Source: an uncultured Pseudomonadota bacterium (GTDB taxonomy: Bacteria > Oederibacteriota > Muellerivitia > Muellerivitales > Muellerivitaceae). From it: DNA of 64,000 nt. This document shows positions 1-9,035 of the stretch, piece after piece (within the stretch, counting starts at the first letter, position 1; each line of letters starts with the position of its first letter). A model generated the notes under the pieces. It saw only the letters and a program-made list of their open reading frames with translations. It had not been told where the DNA came from and ran no database searches. Position numbers and translations under genes: made by a program. The DNA lies in assembly GCA_963843375.1 (NCBI GenBank), contig CAWJKT010000001.1, forward strand, positions 32,001-96,000. The letters are read 5' to 3'.

Positions 1-873
1 CTGTCCAAATATTTCATGTTTCCGTACAACCGGAAGCTTTGGAAAGTTCCTCTTCAAAAACTAACTACTCATTGGATGGGCCGGTTTGTCCCTTCGGCCC
101 GTATTCTGGAGGTCCTTCAAGGCGCTTTCGCTAGGAAGACCTCTCAATCGGGCTATAACGCCACTTTCCTTTACCCGGACAAGGGTGGCATTTCCATACT
201 TCCCAGAGCCATTGCCCGGAACCTTCCGAATCTTTGGACGAGTGTGGGAATCCAAAAACTGGATTTGTCCAAACGCAAGGCTATCATGACAAGCGGGCTC
301 GAAGTGGAGTATCGGCACCTCGTTTCCAGCCTTCCCCTTCCCCGGCTGGTGATCCTGACATCCAATCTCCAAGGCGTCTTGACTCTTTCGGCCAAACGTC
401 TTCAGGCCACATCAATTTACAACATCAACCTTGGCATCCGGGGAGAACAACCGGTTCCTTACAGTTGGGTTTACTTTCCGGAAAAGGAATTCGCCTTCCA
501 TCGGGCGGGTTCCGTCAGCGCCTGTGTTCCAACCGTCGCACCCCGGGGGCACGCCTCGATATACGTGGAATTTTCCTATCGAGGTGCCAAGCCGGACCCG
601 GTAAAACTGGGGAACCATGCCGTTCAAAAGTTGATGGAATTGGGATGGATCAAAAGTCGGAAAGAAATCGTGACCAGGGTGGATTTGGACTTGCCGGGAG
701 CTTATGTGATTTATGACGACCACCGGGATCAAACGGTATCCGATCTTCTTTCTTTTTACAGGGGAAAGCGGGTTTTTTCCGTTGGCCGTTATGGCCGGTG
801 GGAATATGGCAGCATGGAGTCTGCCATTGAACAGGGAATCGCCGCAGCCAGGGAAATATTGTCGAAGAATTGA
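1..873 (+). CDS. FAD-dependent oxidoreductase (protoporphyrinogen oxidase / UDP-galactopyranose mutase-like), 5'-truncated by window edge
   Basis: Frame open from base 1 (LSKYFMFPYNRKLW); motifs FLYPxxGG, AYVIYD, GRYGRWEY typical of this family. Confidence 0.75.
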   Translation: MSKYFMFPYNRKLWKVPLQKLTTHWMGRFVPSARILEVLQGAFARKTSQSGYNATFLYPDKGGISILPRAIARNLPNLWTSVGIQKLDLSKRKAIMTSGLEVEYRHLVSSLPLPRLVILTSNLQGVLTLSAKRLQATSIYNINLGIRGEQPVPYSWVYFPEKEFAFHRAGSVSACVPTVAPRGHASIYVEFSYRGAKPDPVKLGNHAVQKLMELGWIKSRKEIVTRVDLDLPGAYVIYDDHRDQTVSDLLSFYRGKRVFSVGRYGRWEYGSMESAIEQGIAAAREILSKN

Positions 874-956
874 AGGGGCCCTAAACCCTTTAGAGGAGTC
901 TTTTTAAGGCGAAATGAATGTATAATGCCGTCCACCAATACCTTTGAAGAGGAAAT

Positions 957-1409
957 ATGGCCGCACCTTTAGAAGTGGAATCCTTGAAACCCCTGCCCCT
1001 TTTTGCGGACTTGACCTCCACCGAATTGGCGAATGTTGCCCCGCTTTTTTTTGAGAAATCCTACACGAAGAACTCCACATTATTCGTTGAGGGGATGACG
1101 GGTGAAATCCTTTACGTTATCCGAAAAGGTTCCGTCAACATCACCAAGAAGGGAACCACAAGCCAGGAAATCATCCTGGCCACCCTGAAAGAGGGCGAGT
1201 TCTTAGGTGAAATGTCCCTGATTGATAATCGTCCCCGTACCGCCACGGCCCGGGTGGCGGAGGAATCCAGCCTGCTCGTCATGACCAAGAAAGCCTTTAA
1301 TACCCTGCTGGAGAAACAGCCCTCGACCGCCTTGAAAATCCTGCTTTTCTTCCTGAAAATAGCCAACGAACGGGTCCGCAAAGCAAACGAATCCATAAAA
1401 CAAATCTAG
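957..1409 (+). CDS. Stand-alone cyclic-nucleotide-binding domain protein
   Basis: LYVIRKGSV, GEFLGEMSLIDNRPRTATA cNMP-binding motif; no HTH; SD GAGG upstream. Confidence 0.9.
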   Translation: MAAPLEVESLKPLPLFADLTSTELANVAPLFFEKSYTKNSTLFVEGMTGEILYVIRKGSVNITKKGTTSQEIILATLKEGEFLGEMSLIDNRPRTATARVAEESSLLVMTKKAFNTLLEKQPSTALKILLFFLKIANERVRKANESIKQI

Positions 1410-1424
1410 ACCGGAACTAACGTC

Positions 1425-3173
1425 ATGAAAAAAACTATTTATCTTCTCGGCGCTTTATTCTTATGCGCTGGGGCGTGGCTGGGCTCCTCACATTCCCTTT
1501 GGGCGGATGTTGACGGGGAAGACCTCGACCTGGATCCCCGCGCCTATTGGCATTACCTCAACGCACTTTACGCCCAGCATACAAACGACGTGGACCGTTC
1601 TCTCATCGAGTTTGAACAAGCCGCCCGTTACGATCCTAAGTCTTCCGCCATCCATGATCGGTTGGCTTATCATTACTACGTGGAAGGCTTGGATTATAAG
1701 AGTGTTGAGGAACTACAGAGGTCTATCGAACTTCAACCCAATAACATCAATACCCGCTTGATGCTGGCGAATCTTTTTTCTAGCCAGGGGGAATACGGAA
1801 AAGCGCAAAGGGAATATTCGGAAATTATCAAACGGGATTCACAAAACATCGAAGCCCGTTATTACCTGGCGGGGGTTCTGGCCAGCCAAAACCGCATCGA
1901 TGACGCCATGGACCAATACCAGAAAATCCTCGTGCTAAACCCAAAGGCCGCCGCGGTTTATTACAACATGGGGTTGATTTACACCCGCGCCAATCAAGCC
2001 ACCAAAGCGGAAGCTTCCTTCAAAAAAGCCATTGAGATGGATCCGGAAATGGAATCGGCTTATACCTCTTTGGGGCTGGTTTACGAGTTGGACCAAAAGC
2101 CCCAGGAAGCGATCGAGGCCTACCAGGATCTGCTGAAGGTCAATCCGGAGAACGCCCAGGTTTATTTGGCCATGGGGGAGCTTTATTACAACGACAAGGA
2201 CGACCCCAAAGCTTTGGAGGCTTTTCTTCATTACGCAAAGTTAAAACCTTCTGACGTGAGCGTGGATGATTACATCGGCCTATGCTATTTCCGCCTCAAG
2301 CAGTTTTCCGATGCGGTCGCGACCTTCCAAAAACTATTGGATAAACAGCCCACTAATGCGCTCCTGCGCTACCGTTTGGCGGCGGCTTATGAGGAATTGA
2401 AAGAATACGCCAGCGCGGAGGAACAGCTCAAAGCCATCCTCGACAACGACGAAAAGTCTGTAGATGCCTGGGTTCGTTTGGCGATGCTGTACGATAAGCA
2501 GAAAGACGACGCGAACGTCGAAAAAACAGTCGAGGCCGGTCTCAAGGCCGTTCCCAACCACCCGGATCTTCTCCTGGTCCAGGCCATGATGTACCACGAG
2601 AAGGATGATTTCAAAAACGCCGAACCGGCTTATAAAAAGGTCATTGATCTTGAGCTCGGCTACAAAAGCAAACAGGCCCCGGAGTATAACCTCGGAACCT
2701 TAAGTCAGGCCTATTTCAATTTGGGTGCGCTTCTGGACAAGGTGGGGCGTTTCAACGAGGCGATCAACGCGATGAAGAAGGTAATCGAGGTTCAGCCCGA
2801 CAACGCTGACGCTTATAACTATATTGGGTATTCTTATGCGGATAAGGGCATCCAACTGGATGACGCGAAAAAATATTGTGAAGGCGCCTTGAAGTTGGAT
2901 CCGGACAATTCCTATTACCTTGATTCTTTGGGGTGGGTTTATTACCAAAAGGGCCTGTATAAGGATGCCCAGGACCTATTTGAAAAAGCCATCAAGATGC
3001 TCAAAGGCGCCCAAAAGGACGATGGGGTCATTTACGACCATTTGGCCCAGGTTTTGGTCAAGCTGGGCCAAAAGGATGATGCCGTAGCCCAATGGAAAAA
3101 AGCACTTCAGTTGGATCCCGACAATAAGGATTATTCCGAAAAAATCCAAAAGAACGCTTCCCCCAATTTGTGA
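1425..3173 (+). CDS. Exported tetratricopeptide-repeat protein
   Basis: Signal peptide; many TPR units; C-terminal NYIGYSYAD...YLDSLGWVYYQKG pattern seen in TPR proteins upstream of ispE. Confidence 0.9.
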   Translation: MKKTIYLLGALFLCAGAWLGSSHSLWADVDGEDLDLDPRAYWHYLNALYAQHTNDVDRSLIEFEQAARYDPKSSAIHDRLAYHYYVEGLDYKSVEELQRSIELQPNNINTRLMLANLFSSQGEYGKAQREYSEIIKRDSQNIEARYYLAGVLASQNRIDDAMDQYQKILVLNPKAAAVYYNMGLIYTRANQATKAEASFKKAIEMDPEMESAYTSLGLVYELDQKPQEAIEAYQDLLKVNPENAQVYLAMGELYYNDKDDPKALEAFLHYAKLKPSDVSVDDYIGLCYFRLKQFSDAVATFQKLLDKQPTNALLRYRLAAAYEELKEYASAEEQLKAILDNDEKSVDAWVRLAMLYDKQKDDANVEKTVEAGLKAVPNHPDLLLVQAMMYHEKDDFKNAEPAYKKVIDLELGYKSKQAPEYNLGTLSQAYFNLGALLDKVGRFNEAINAMKKVIEVQPDNADAYNYIGYSYADKGIQLDDAKKYCEGALKLDPDNSYYLDSLGWVYYQKGLYKDAQDLFEKAIKMLKGAQKDDGVIYDHLAQVLVKLGQKDDAVAQWKKALQLDPDNKDYSEKIQKNASPNL

Positions 3174-4046
3174 CCCCTTCGATCACCCTTCGAACCCCCG
3201 CGAAGATCAACCCGGTTTTGGAAGTCCTCGGAAAAAGGGAGGATGGATACCACGAACTCGCCTTGGTTTTCCAAGCGATCGGGCTTTATGACGAACTTGA
3301 TTTTTCTGAAGACCGGCAAGGTCTCCGCCTGGAAATCTTAGAATCGCCCGATGCTCTAGAGGCCGATGATTCCAATTTAATTCTCAAGGCCGCAAAACTT
3401 TTTTTCAGGGATATTTTGAAAGAGGAGAGGAAAGTCCATATCCGGTTGAAGAAAAAAATACCTTTGGCGGCCGGATTAGGCGGGGGTTCCAGCGACGCGG
3501 CGGCCACGCTTTTGGGTTTGGACCGACTATTTAGGACCCAGGCGGGGGAAACGAGACTCAACTTGTTGGCCGCCCAATTGGGTTCGGATGTTCCCTTTTT
3601 TTTGACCGGCGGAACTGCTCTCGGAAAGGGCCGGGGTGAAAAAATCACTCCCTGGACTCCAGGACCGGAAATCTTTTTGATACTCGTCAAACCCCCGGAA
3701 GGCCTTTCGACTCCCTCAGTTTATAAGTCAGGCAAAGCAGTCATGACTCAGGGGGAGAAGATACGTGATTTTCAGTCGGTCCTTGGGGGAGGAAATTTTG
3801 TGGAAATAAGCCGATCTTTGTTTAATGGTTTGGAACCCGCGACTTTTTTCCTGATGCCTGAGGTGGAATCGATCAAAAAACAGTTACTTCAGGCCGGGGC
3901 CCTTGGGCGCGCTTGTTTCAGGAAGCGGGCCAACCGTTTTTGGGCTGGCGGAAAACCTCCCCCATGCACAAAGGATCCGGCAAGGGCTGGAAGGGAAGGG
4001 TTATTCGGTATTCGTGGTTTCCACGGTGTCGGTAGGAGCCCATTAA
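3170..4046 (+). CDS. ispE: 4-diphosphocytidyl-2-C-methyl-D-erythritol kinase (apparent +1 frameshift near 3906)
   Basis: PAKIN, GYHEL, IPLAAGLGGGSSDAAA, GSDVPFF; the final motif GALVSGSGPTVFGL lies in the +1 frame and ends at TAA 4044-4046. Confidence 0.95.
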
Positions 4047-4070
4047 TTTAATTAAGGTGAAAACGAAGCG

Positions 4071-5120
4071 ATGAAAAAATTGATTCCAACTTTACTGAAG
4101 TGGGCGGCCTTGGGGTTTTTTTTCCTATTGGCCGTCGGGTTGATTTTTATCTATGAAATTTTACCGGCCAAGGTAGCCCAGTCTATTGCAGCCAAATCTC
4201 AAATCCATAAACCGCTCACCGAAACACCCAAGGATTATGGCTTGAACCAATATAAAGACGTTACCTTTACGACCTCGGATGGGATCACCATTTCCGGATG
4301 GTGGATTCCCCTTACGTCGTCGAAAAAACCTCTGGGGACCGTTCTGCTTTCCCACGGCGTTTTCAAGAACCGGGAACAGGTTTTAAGCCGTGCCGCGTTT
4401 CTTTCCCGATTAGGCTACCAGACATTACTTTTCGATCAGCGGGGTGAAGGTTTAAGCGGCAACAGTCCTGTTTCGGGCGGACTTTTGGAAGCGGGTGATT
4501 ATCTCGCGGCAGAGGCTTACCTGGATAGCCGGCATGCTTTACGGAAACCGGTGGTTTTTTTCGGGTTTTCCCTTGGGGCCATCAGTGCTCTTCGTGCCGC
4601 AATCAAGGCCCCTGAAATCGACGCCGTCATCGCCGACAGTCCTCTTGCCAATATCAAGTCTTATGTTTCACGTAGGACAATTGGAGGCACTTTTTCCTCC
4701 ATGCCAGGCTTCTTGGACCGATGCTTGGCAGCTTATGACCTGGTCACCGGCCTTAACTTGAACCCAGAAGATTTGGATCTCCTGCCGGTCGTTGGACAGC
4801 TCCATGAAATACCGGTGCTTTATATCACGGGAGAAAATGACGATTTGGCCAAACCAGATGAGGTGCGGGAACTTTTTGAGCACACGGCCTCTCATCACCG
4901 GCGGTTAATTTATATCCCCGAGGCGGGACATGAAGAAACCTATAAAAAATATCCCGTTATCTATGAAAAGGTCGTTACCGAATTTTTGAAAGATTTAAAA
5001 AATGGGTTTCCGAAACCGGACGATGGGATGGGGTTGTCGGGAGGGCCCGAGAAAAAGAAGGTTGGAAAAGCAAAGGATCATTCAAAACATTCAAAAGACC
5101 ATTCGGCTGACTTGAATTAA
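4071..5120 (+). CDS. Membrane-anchored alpha/beta hydrolase
   Basis: N-terminal TM; HG, GFSLG nucleophile elbow, GENDD, EAGH catalytic-triad motifs. Confidence 0.88.
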   Translation: MKKLIPTLLKWAALGFFFLLAVGLIFIYEILPAKVAQSIAAKSQIHKPLTETPKDYGLNQYKDVTFTTSDGITISGWWIPLTSSKKPLGTVLLSHGVFKNREQVLSRAAFLSRLGYQTLLFDQRGEGLSGNSPVSGGLLEAGDYLAAEAYLDSRHALRKPVVFFGFSLGAISALRAAIKAPEIDAVIADSPLANIKSYVSRRTIGGTFSSMPGFLDRCLAAYDLVTGLNLNPEDLDLLPVVGQLHEIPVLYITGENDDLAKPDEVRELFEHTASHHRRLIYIPEAGHEETYKKYPVIYEKVVTEFLKDLKNGFPKPDDGMGLSGGPEKKKVGKAKDHSKHSKDHSADLN

Positions 5121-5133
5121 TGGTTTGGTTTAA

Positions 5134-5340
5134 TTATTCGACACATCCAATGAAATAATGGCAGTGGTAGCAGACTATCTTGCATTTCTTTGTCACCATG
5201 CCGTGGCCGCATTGGGGACATGTGTAAAAAAGTTCTTCCGTTTCATTGGTGTAGGAGGCTTGCCTCGTTTTTTGGCCGAATTCGAGAAGTGAGGGAAGTT
5301 TCTTGATTATCGGGGCGCCGTTGGTTAAGTCTTCATTCAT
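5134..5340 (-). CDS. Small Cys-rich zinc-finger-like protein
   Basis: CPQCG-x7-C-x3-CYHC-x5-C; sigma70-like promoter TTGAGG-17-TACCCT directly ahead of the ATG. Confidence 0.55.
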   Translation of the reverse strand: MNEDLTNGAPIIKKLPSLLEFGQKTRQASYTNETEELFYTCPQCGHGMVTKKCKIVCYHCHYFIGCVE

Positions 5341-5391
5341 GAAACTAGGGTAGCATGGCTTTTCCGGAGCCTCAACAACAGCATTTGAAGC

Positions 5392-5420
5392 TTGATTAAG
5401 GCTGCAGACCGAATTAAATT
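5392..5420 (+). promoter_or_regulatory. sigma70-like promoter of tRNA-Gln
   Basis: TTGATT-N17-TAAATT about 35 nt upstream of the tRNA. Confidence 0.5.
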
Positions 5421-5454
5421 AACACCCCTCCTTCATCGCTGTTTTTGTTTAGAT

Positions 5455-5529
5455 TGGGGCGTCGACAAGCGGTAAGTCACCAGATTTTGGATCTGGCATT
5501 CGTAGGTTCGAATCCTACCGCCCCAGCCA
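5455..5529 (+). tRNA. tRNA-Gln: tRNA-Gln (anticodon TTG), CCA encoded
   Basis: Acceptor TGGGGCG/CGCCCCA, D-arm GAC...GTC, anticodon stem CCAGA/TCTGG with TTG at 5487-5489, T-arm GTAGG-TTCGAAT-CCTAC, GCCA end. Confidence 0.98.
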
Positions 5530-6020
5530 TTAATGTACCCTTTTTCTTAAGGGTTTTTAACATAATGAAAGGGCTATCTACCTTTTCATCTACCTTTCCT
5601 GCATCTTGTTTTTTAACGGGGTAAGCAAGCTCCATTTTCCGTAAAAGGTCCTTTGGAGCGTTTACTCCATATCCTTCTAAGGTACTCACGTTCTTATGAC
5701 CAGTTAAACTCATGATTTCGTATGGGGAAAGTCCTGCGGACCTCATATTTGATACGAAGGTATGACGGAAAACGTGAGGCGTAATCTTTTTGGTTATCCC
5801 GGCCTTAACCGCCAAGTCCTTGAACAATTGTTTTCCGGGTTGGTTCACAGGATTTCCTTCTTCGTCACAAAGTAAAAAGACCTTATGCTTGGCCTCTCTG
5901 GGTGCCCAGTTACGATAATTGGGACGATGTGTTTTAAGCTTCTCCAATAAGGGAAGTAGTTGGATTGCTATGGGTAAGATTCGGTAGTCATTAGTTTTTT
6001 CAGCCCTTACCGTTAAGAGT
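5477..6020 (-). pseudogene. Tyrosine recombinase/integrase, C-terminal remnant
   Basis: HVFRH...TGH...Y catalytic box; the open frame upstream of 5947 gives LTVRAEKTNDYRILPI (catalytic Lys hairpin); N-terminal half including box I Arg absent (in-frame stop at 6056-6058). Confidence 0.9.
5576..5597. repeat. 10-bp direct repeat ATCTACCTTT x2 (putative integrase arm-type sites)
   Basis: Exact copies at 5576-5585 and 5588-5597, about 50 bp from the tRNA 3' end. Confidence 0.6.
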
Positions 6021-6044
6021 GTTGAAAGAAAGTTTTCGGACTCC

Positions 6045-6650
6045 TTGGGCCAGGATTATTATATTTTTAATATGAACAACGGCAAAAGAGACACTTATTA
6101 CGTTAGGAATAATTTCCTAATTTTAGGAAACGGTGTTTTGTTGAAAAACGACAAAACCACTCGAAAATATAATTCAAATACCTTCGAGTTGTGTTCGTAT
6201 GTGGCCAGTGGTTATTGGGATAAGGCCGAGGTTGTCGCTAAAAGAATGAATGATTATCCGATGGTTTCCATCATTGACGTGGAAAAAGGGGACTTGGATT
6301 CGGCCTACGTTGATTACAACCCAAGCCTTTCTCTTCAATTCCCCAATGGATATCCCGCTAAAACCCAGGGAACAATCGATGAATTCATTGCCGATAGGCT
6401 TATGGCCGATGGGAAAATAGAGAAGGCAAAGGAATTTTATCAAAAGGCGGTCGAGGGTTATTGTGCCTGGTTAGACCATCTCCAAAGTATCAAGGATGCT
6501 AGTCTTAAGTTTGACAAGACCAACCTCAAATTAGTAACCGCGGAAAGAGTAAAAAAAGAGGAAAAGAGCTTCGATTTTACAATCGATCAAGAAAACTTGG
6601 AAATTGACCGTGTAAAACAAAAAATAAGAATCATTGAAGACCAAATATGA
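6045..6650 (+). CDS. Hypothetical protein (helical, TPR-like segment; 5' end uncertain)
   Basis: 201-aa ORF overlapping the next ATG (ATGA); no recognisable family. Confidence 0.55.
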   Translation: MGQDYYIFNMNNGKRDTYYVRNNFLILGNGVLLKNDKTTRKYNSNTFELCSYVASGYWDKAEVVAKRMNDYPMVSIIDVEKGDLDSAYVDYNPSLSLQFPNGYPAKTQGTIDEFIADRLMADGKIEKAKEFYQKAVEGYCAWLDHLQSIKDASLKFDKTNLKLVTAERVKKEEKSFDFTIDQENLEIDRVKQKIRIIEDQI

Positions 6651-7363
6651 AAATAATTACTATGTTTTGGCCCCGATTTTCCTTGCCCTCTTGTTTATCG
6701 GCTTTCCTTATATCCATTTCCCCTTTATTTGCCCAACTAATTCCATCGCCTCCTATCCCAGGGACCCCGACCTTGCCCGCCGGCCATGTTTCCATGCCTC
6801 AAACATTAACGGGCCATGTTCCCAAGGAAATCCAAACCGCACCTTTATTAGGAGATCTTCCGTTGGATCAAAAGCTCTATTTGGGCATCGGGTTGCCTTA
6901 TCGGGATCAAAAGGCTGTGGATGAAGAAACCGCCTCGCTTTATGATCCCAAAAGTCCAAATTACAAAATGTTTCTTTCGGGAAAAGAGATTGGGGAAAGG
7001 TTTGGCCCTTCCCGGGAGGATTACCAAAAAGTAGTGGATTTCTTTAAATCCCACGGGTTTGAAATCGTGGAAGTTTTTGACACCCGTATTTTTATCAATA
7101 TTAAGGGAACGGTCGCGGACATCCAGGACGTTTTCCATATCCATCTGCATAATTACAAAAGGCCCGATGGGACTATATTTCATGCGCCCGACACTGAGCC
7201 ATTCATTAATTTGGATATTCCCTTATCCCATATCAGCGGTCTTGATACCCATTTTAAGAACCGCCCGCGCCATAATAACTACTTGAATAGGAGTCAAAAT
7301 GAGGCTCTACCCGACATTACACCCGGCACCACTCCCACAGTTTCCCACTATATTGTTCAATAG
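6647..7363 (+). CDS. Secreted peptidase S53 (sedolisin/kumamolisin) pro-domain, no catalytic domain
   Basis: Signal peptide; LYDPKSPNYKMFLS..E..ERFGPS, FINIKGTVADIQDVF, ISGLD match the pro-kumamolisin activation domain; stop soon after. Confidence 0.85.
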   Translation: MKIITMFWPRFSLPSCLSAFLISISPLFAQLIPSPPIPGTPTLPAGHVSMPQTLTGHVPKEIQTAPLLGDLPLDQKLYLGIGLPYRDQKAVDEETASLYDPKSPNYKMFLSGKEIGERFGPSREDYQKVVDFFKSHGFEIVEVFDTRIFINIKGTVADIQDVFHIHLHNYKRPDGTIFHAPDTEPFINLDIPLSHISGLDTHFKNRPRHNNYLNRSQNEALPDITPGTTPTVSHYIVQ

Positions 7364-7470
7364 GGATAAGGAGGTTTAATTTGAAAAAACTTTTTCACCC
7401 TAGGGCTCCAAAACTCGACGAAGTCCTTTGTTTTCGGTGTCCTGATACTCCCCTCAAAGGAGGTTTTTAA

Positions 7471-7850
7471 TTGATCTCCCCAAAAAGTGATCTAATCGAA
7501 ACCTGGCAAGTTGGGCAAAAGATATTCCCCGAAAAGCCCCATATATACTTTCTGAAGATAAAGTATATTTTGAAAAAAATTACTTCAATAAAAAATCATG
7601 GAAATAAAAATTTTGGTGCGACGATGATCGGACACACCAGCAAGAAACAGAGGAATACTTAGAACCTAACAACAAAAAATTCCACCTCGGCCTTTTGCCC
7701 GCTCCCTATTGCGGAAACCTTAAAAAAGCCTCTATCTTTATCCTGATGTTGAATCCGGGCCTGGGTTCTGGGGATTACTTTGCCGAATACGAAAACCCGG
7801 GTTTTAAACAAGCTTTGCTTGATAACCTGAAACAAAATAAAAAAGCGCAT
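7471..7850 (+). pseudogene. Uracil-DNA-glycosylase-superfamily-like protein, fragmented N-terminal part
   Basis: Pieces LIETW / PYILSEDK / FHLGLLPAPYCGNLKKASIFILMLNPG split by a frameshift and a TAA; truncated before the terminator. Confidence 0.55.
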
Positions 7851-7876
7851 TTTTTTCCCCACAATAGGGATAAAGC

Positions 7877-7911
7877 AAAAAGCCGTCTCCGTTACGGGAG
7901 ACGGCTTTTTT
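7877..7911. terminator. Bidirectional intrinsic terminator
   Basis: AAAAAGCCGTCTCC-loop-GGAGACGGCTTTTTT between convergent genes. Confidence 0.85.
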
Positions 7912-8002
7912 ATTGGATGATGAAATCTTATCTGCTGAGTCTGGACCGGGCAGGAATATCAAGATACCCGCTCCCGGAAACTGCAAGTTAAAAAAATCTC
8001 TG

Positions 8003-8770
8003 TTACTGAGCAGAAGCGCTAACTTCCCCGCTAGTGGAATCGCTTACCGAAATTTCTTCGCTATTAGCGATGTGTTTAACCACTTCATCTAAGTGACGGC
8101 GGTCGTTTCTTAATTCCAGATCACATTTGGCTTTGTAAGCAATGCGGTTGTTCAATTTGGTTGTATCGGTATCCACAACAGCCTTATCCGTTTCCACATT
8201 AGCCTTGGCCTTTTCAATGTCATCTGCGATGTTTTTGGACTGGGCATCTGCTAACCTAGCCGTATCATCTGACACTTTTTTGCCGTCACGAATAATGGCA
8301 TCGCGCGTGTCGCGGATTCTGTCGTCTAATTTGCGAATAACCACCCGGACGTTCTTGATTTTTTCCGCGATAAACTTCTTCAAGCGTTCGCGATCTTTTT
8401 TGATAAGGGCTTTATCTTCGTCCACATCAGCCTTTGCCTTAGCGATGACTTGATCGTCGGTTTTTGTCTGTGCTTCTTTTAAAGCATCGATATCCTCCGA
8501 CAATTTTTTAATGTCGCGATCCACATCCTCGCGCGCCTTGCGAATATTGATTTCGTTGTCTCGAATTGCGGGGTTGTTAATTTCGATTGTATCGGTTTCG
8601 TTTACATCCACTTTCCCGCTGGTCATTTTCGTATTCGACTCAACATTCGCGTCTGCGTTTACTTGAGTTTTAACTAATGGCTTGTTGTTAACGAACGCTT
8701 CCTCAGCCATCACCAAACCGGGGCCTGTAAAAATAAGAACCCCCAACGTTAACTTGAATAAATTTTTCAT
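8003..8770 (-). CDS. Secreted coiled-coil protein with two ~75-aa tandem repeats
   Basis: Signal peptide, SD GGAGG; repeats ...KAKADVDEDK... and ...KAKANVETDK... Confidence 0.8.
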   Translation of the reverse strand: MKNLFKLTLGVLIFTGPGLVMAEEAFVNNKPLVKTQVNADANVESNTKMTSGKVDVNETDTIEINNPAIRDNEINIRKAREDVDRDIKKLSEDIDALKEAQTKTDDQVIAKAKADVDEDKALIKKDRERLKKFIAEKIKNVRVVIRKLDDRIRDTRDAIIRDGKKVSDDTARLADAQSKNIADDIEKAKANVETDKAVVDTDTTKLNNRIAYKAKCDLELRNDRRHLDEVVKHIANSEEISVSDSTSGEVSASAQ

Positions 8771-8912
8771 ATATGCCTCCTTTTTTTAAGTTAATTGTCT
8801 TCTATTAGTATTTTTAGAGGTGTAAAGGGATAGCTTTCAATCCCCTGACTCCAGAAAAAGCCCCGAAATTTTCAGATTGAAAAGCGTTAAAATGATGAAT
8901 TTCAACTAATAA

Positions 8913-8940
8913 TTGACAAAAGGGGTATTCCGTGTGTACT
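8913..8940 (+). promoter_or_regulatory. sigma70-like promoter of the HhH gene
   Basis: TTGACA followed by a TGTACT-type -10. Confidence 0.4.
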
Positions 8941-9035
8941 TAATTGCTCAAGTTGGGTTCTGAATAAATCCACGATGGAAAGCCATCTTTTCCAAATGTT
9001 TACTTGGGGTTTTCATCCTAAAGAGGAGCAATTCA

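Larger units (their letters stand above)
5530..8000. mobile_element. Decayed tRNA-Gln-integrated element (left part of accessory region; right boundary undefined)
   Basis: Integrase remnant abutting the tRNA 3' end, AT-richer DNA, gene fragments; no duplicated tRNA end found by eye. Confidence 0.6.

Noticed and set aside
7850..7991. C-terminal part of ORF 7695-7991
   Set aside because: Reads through a terminator hairpin; incidental after truncation of the UDG-like gene
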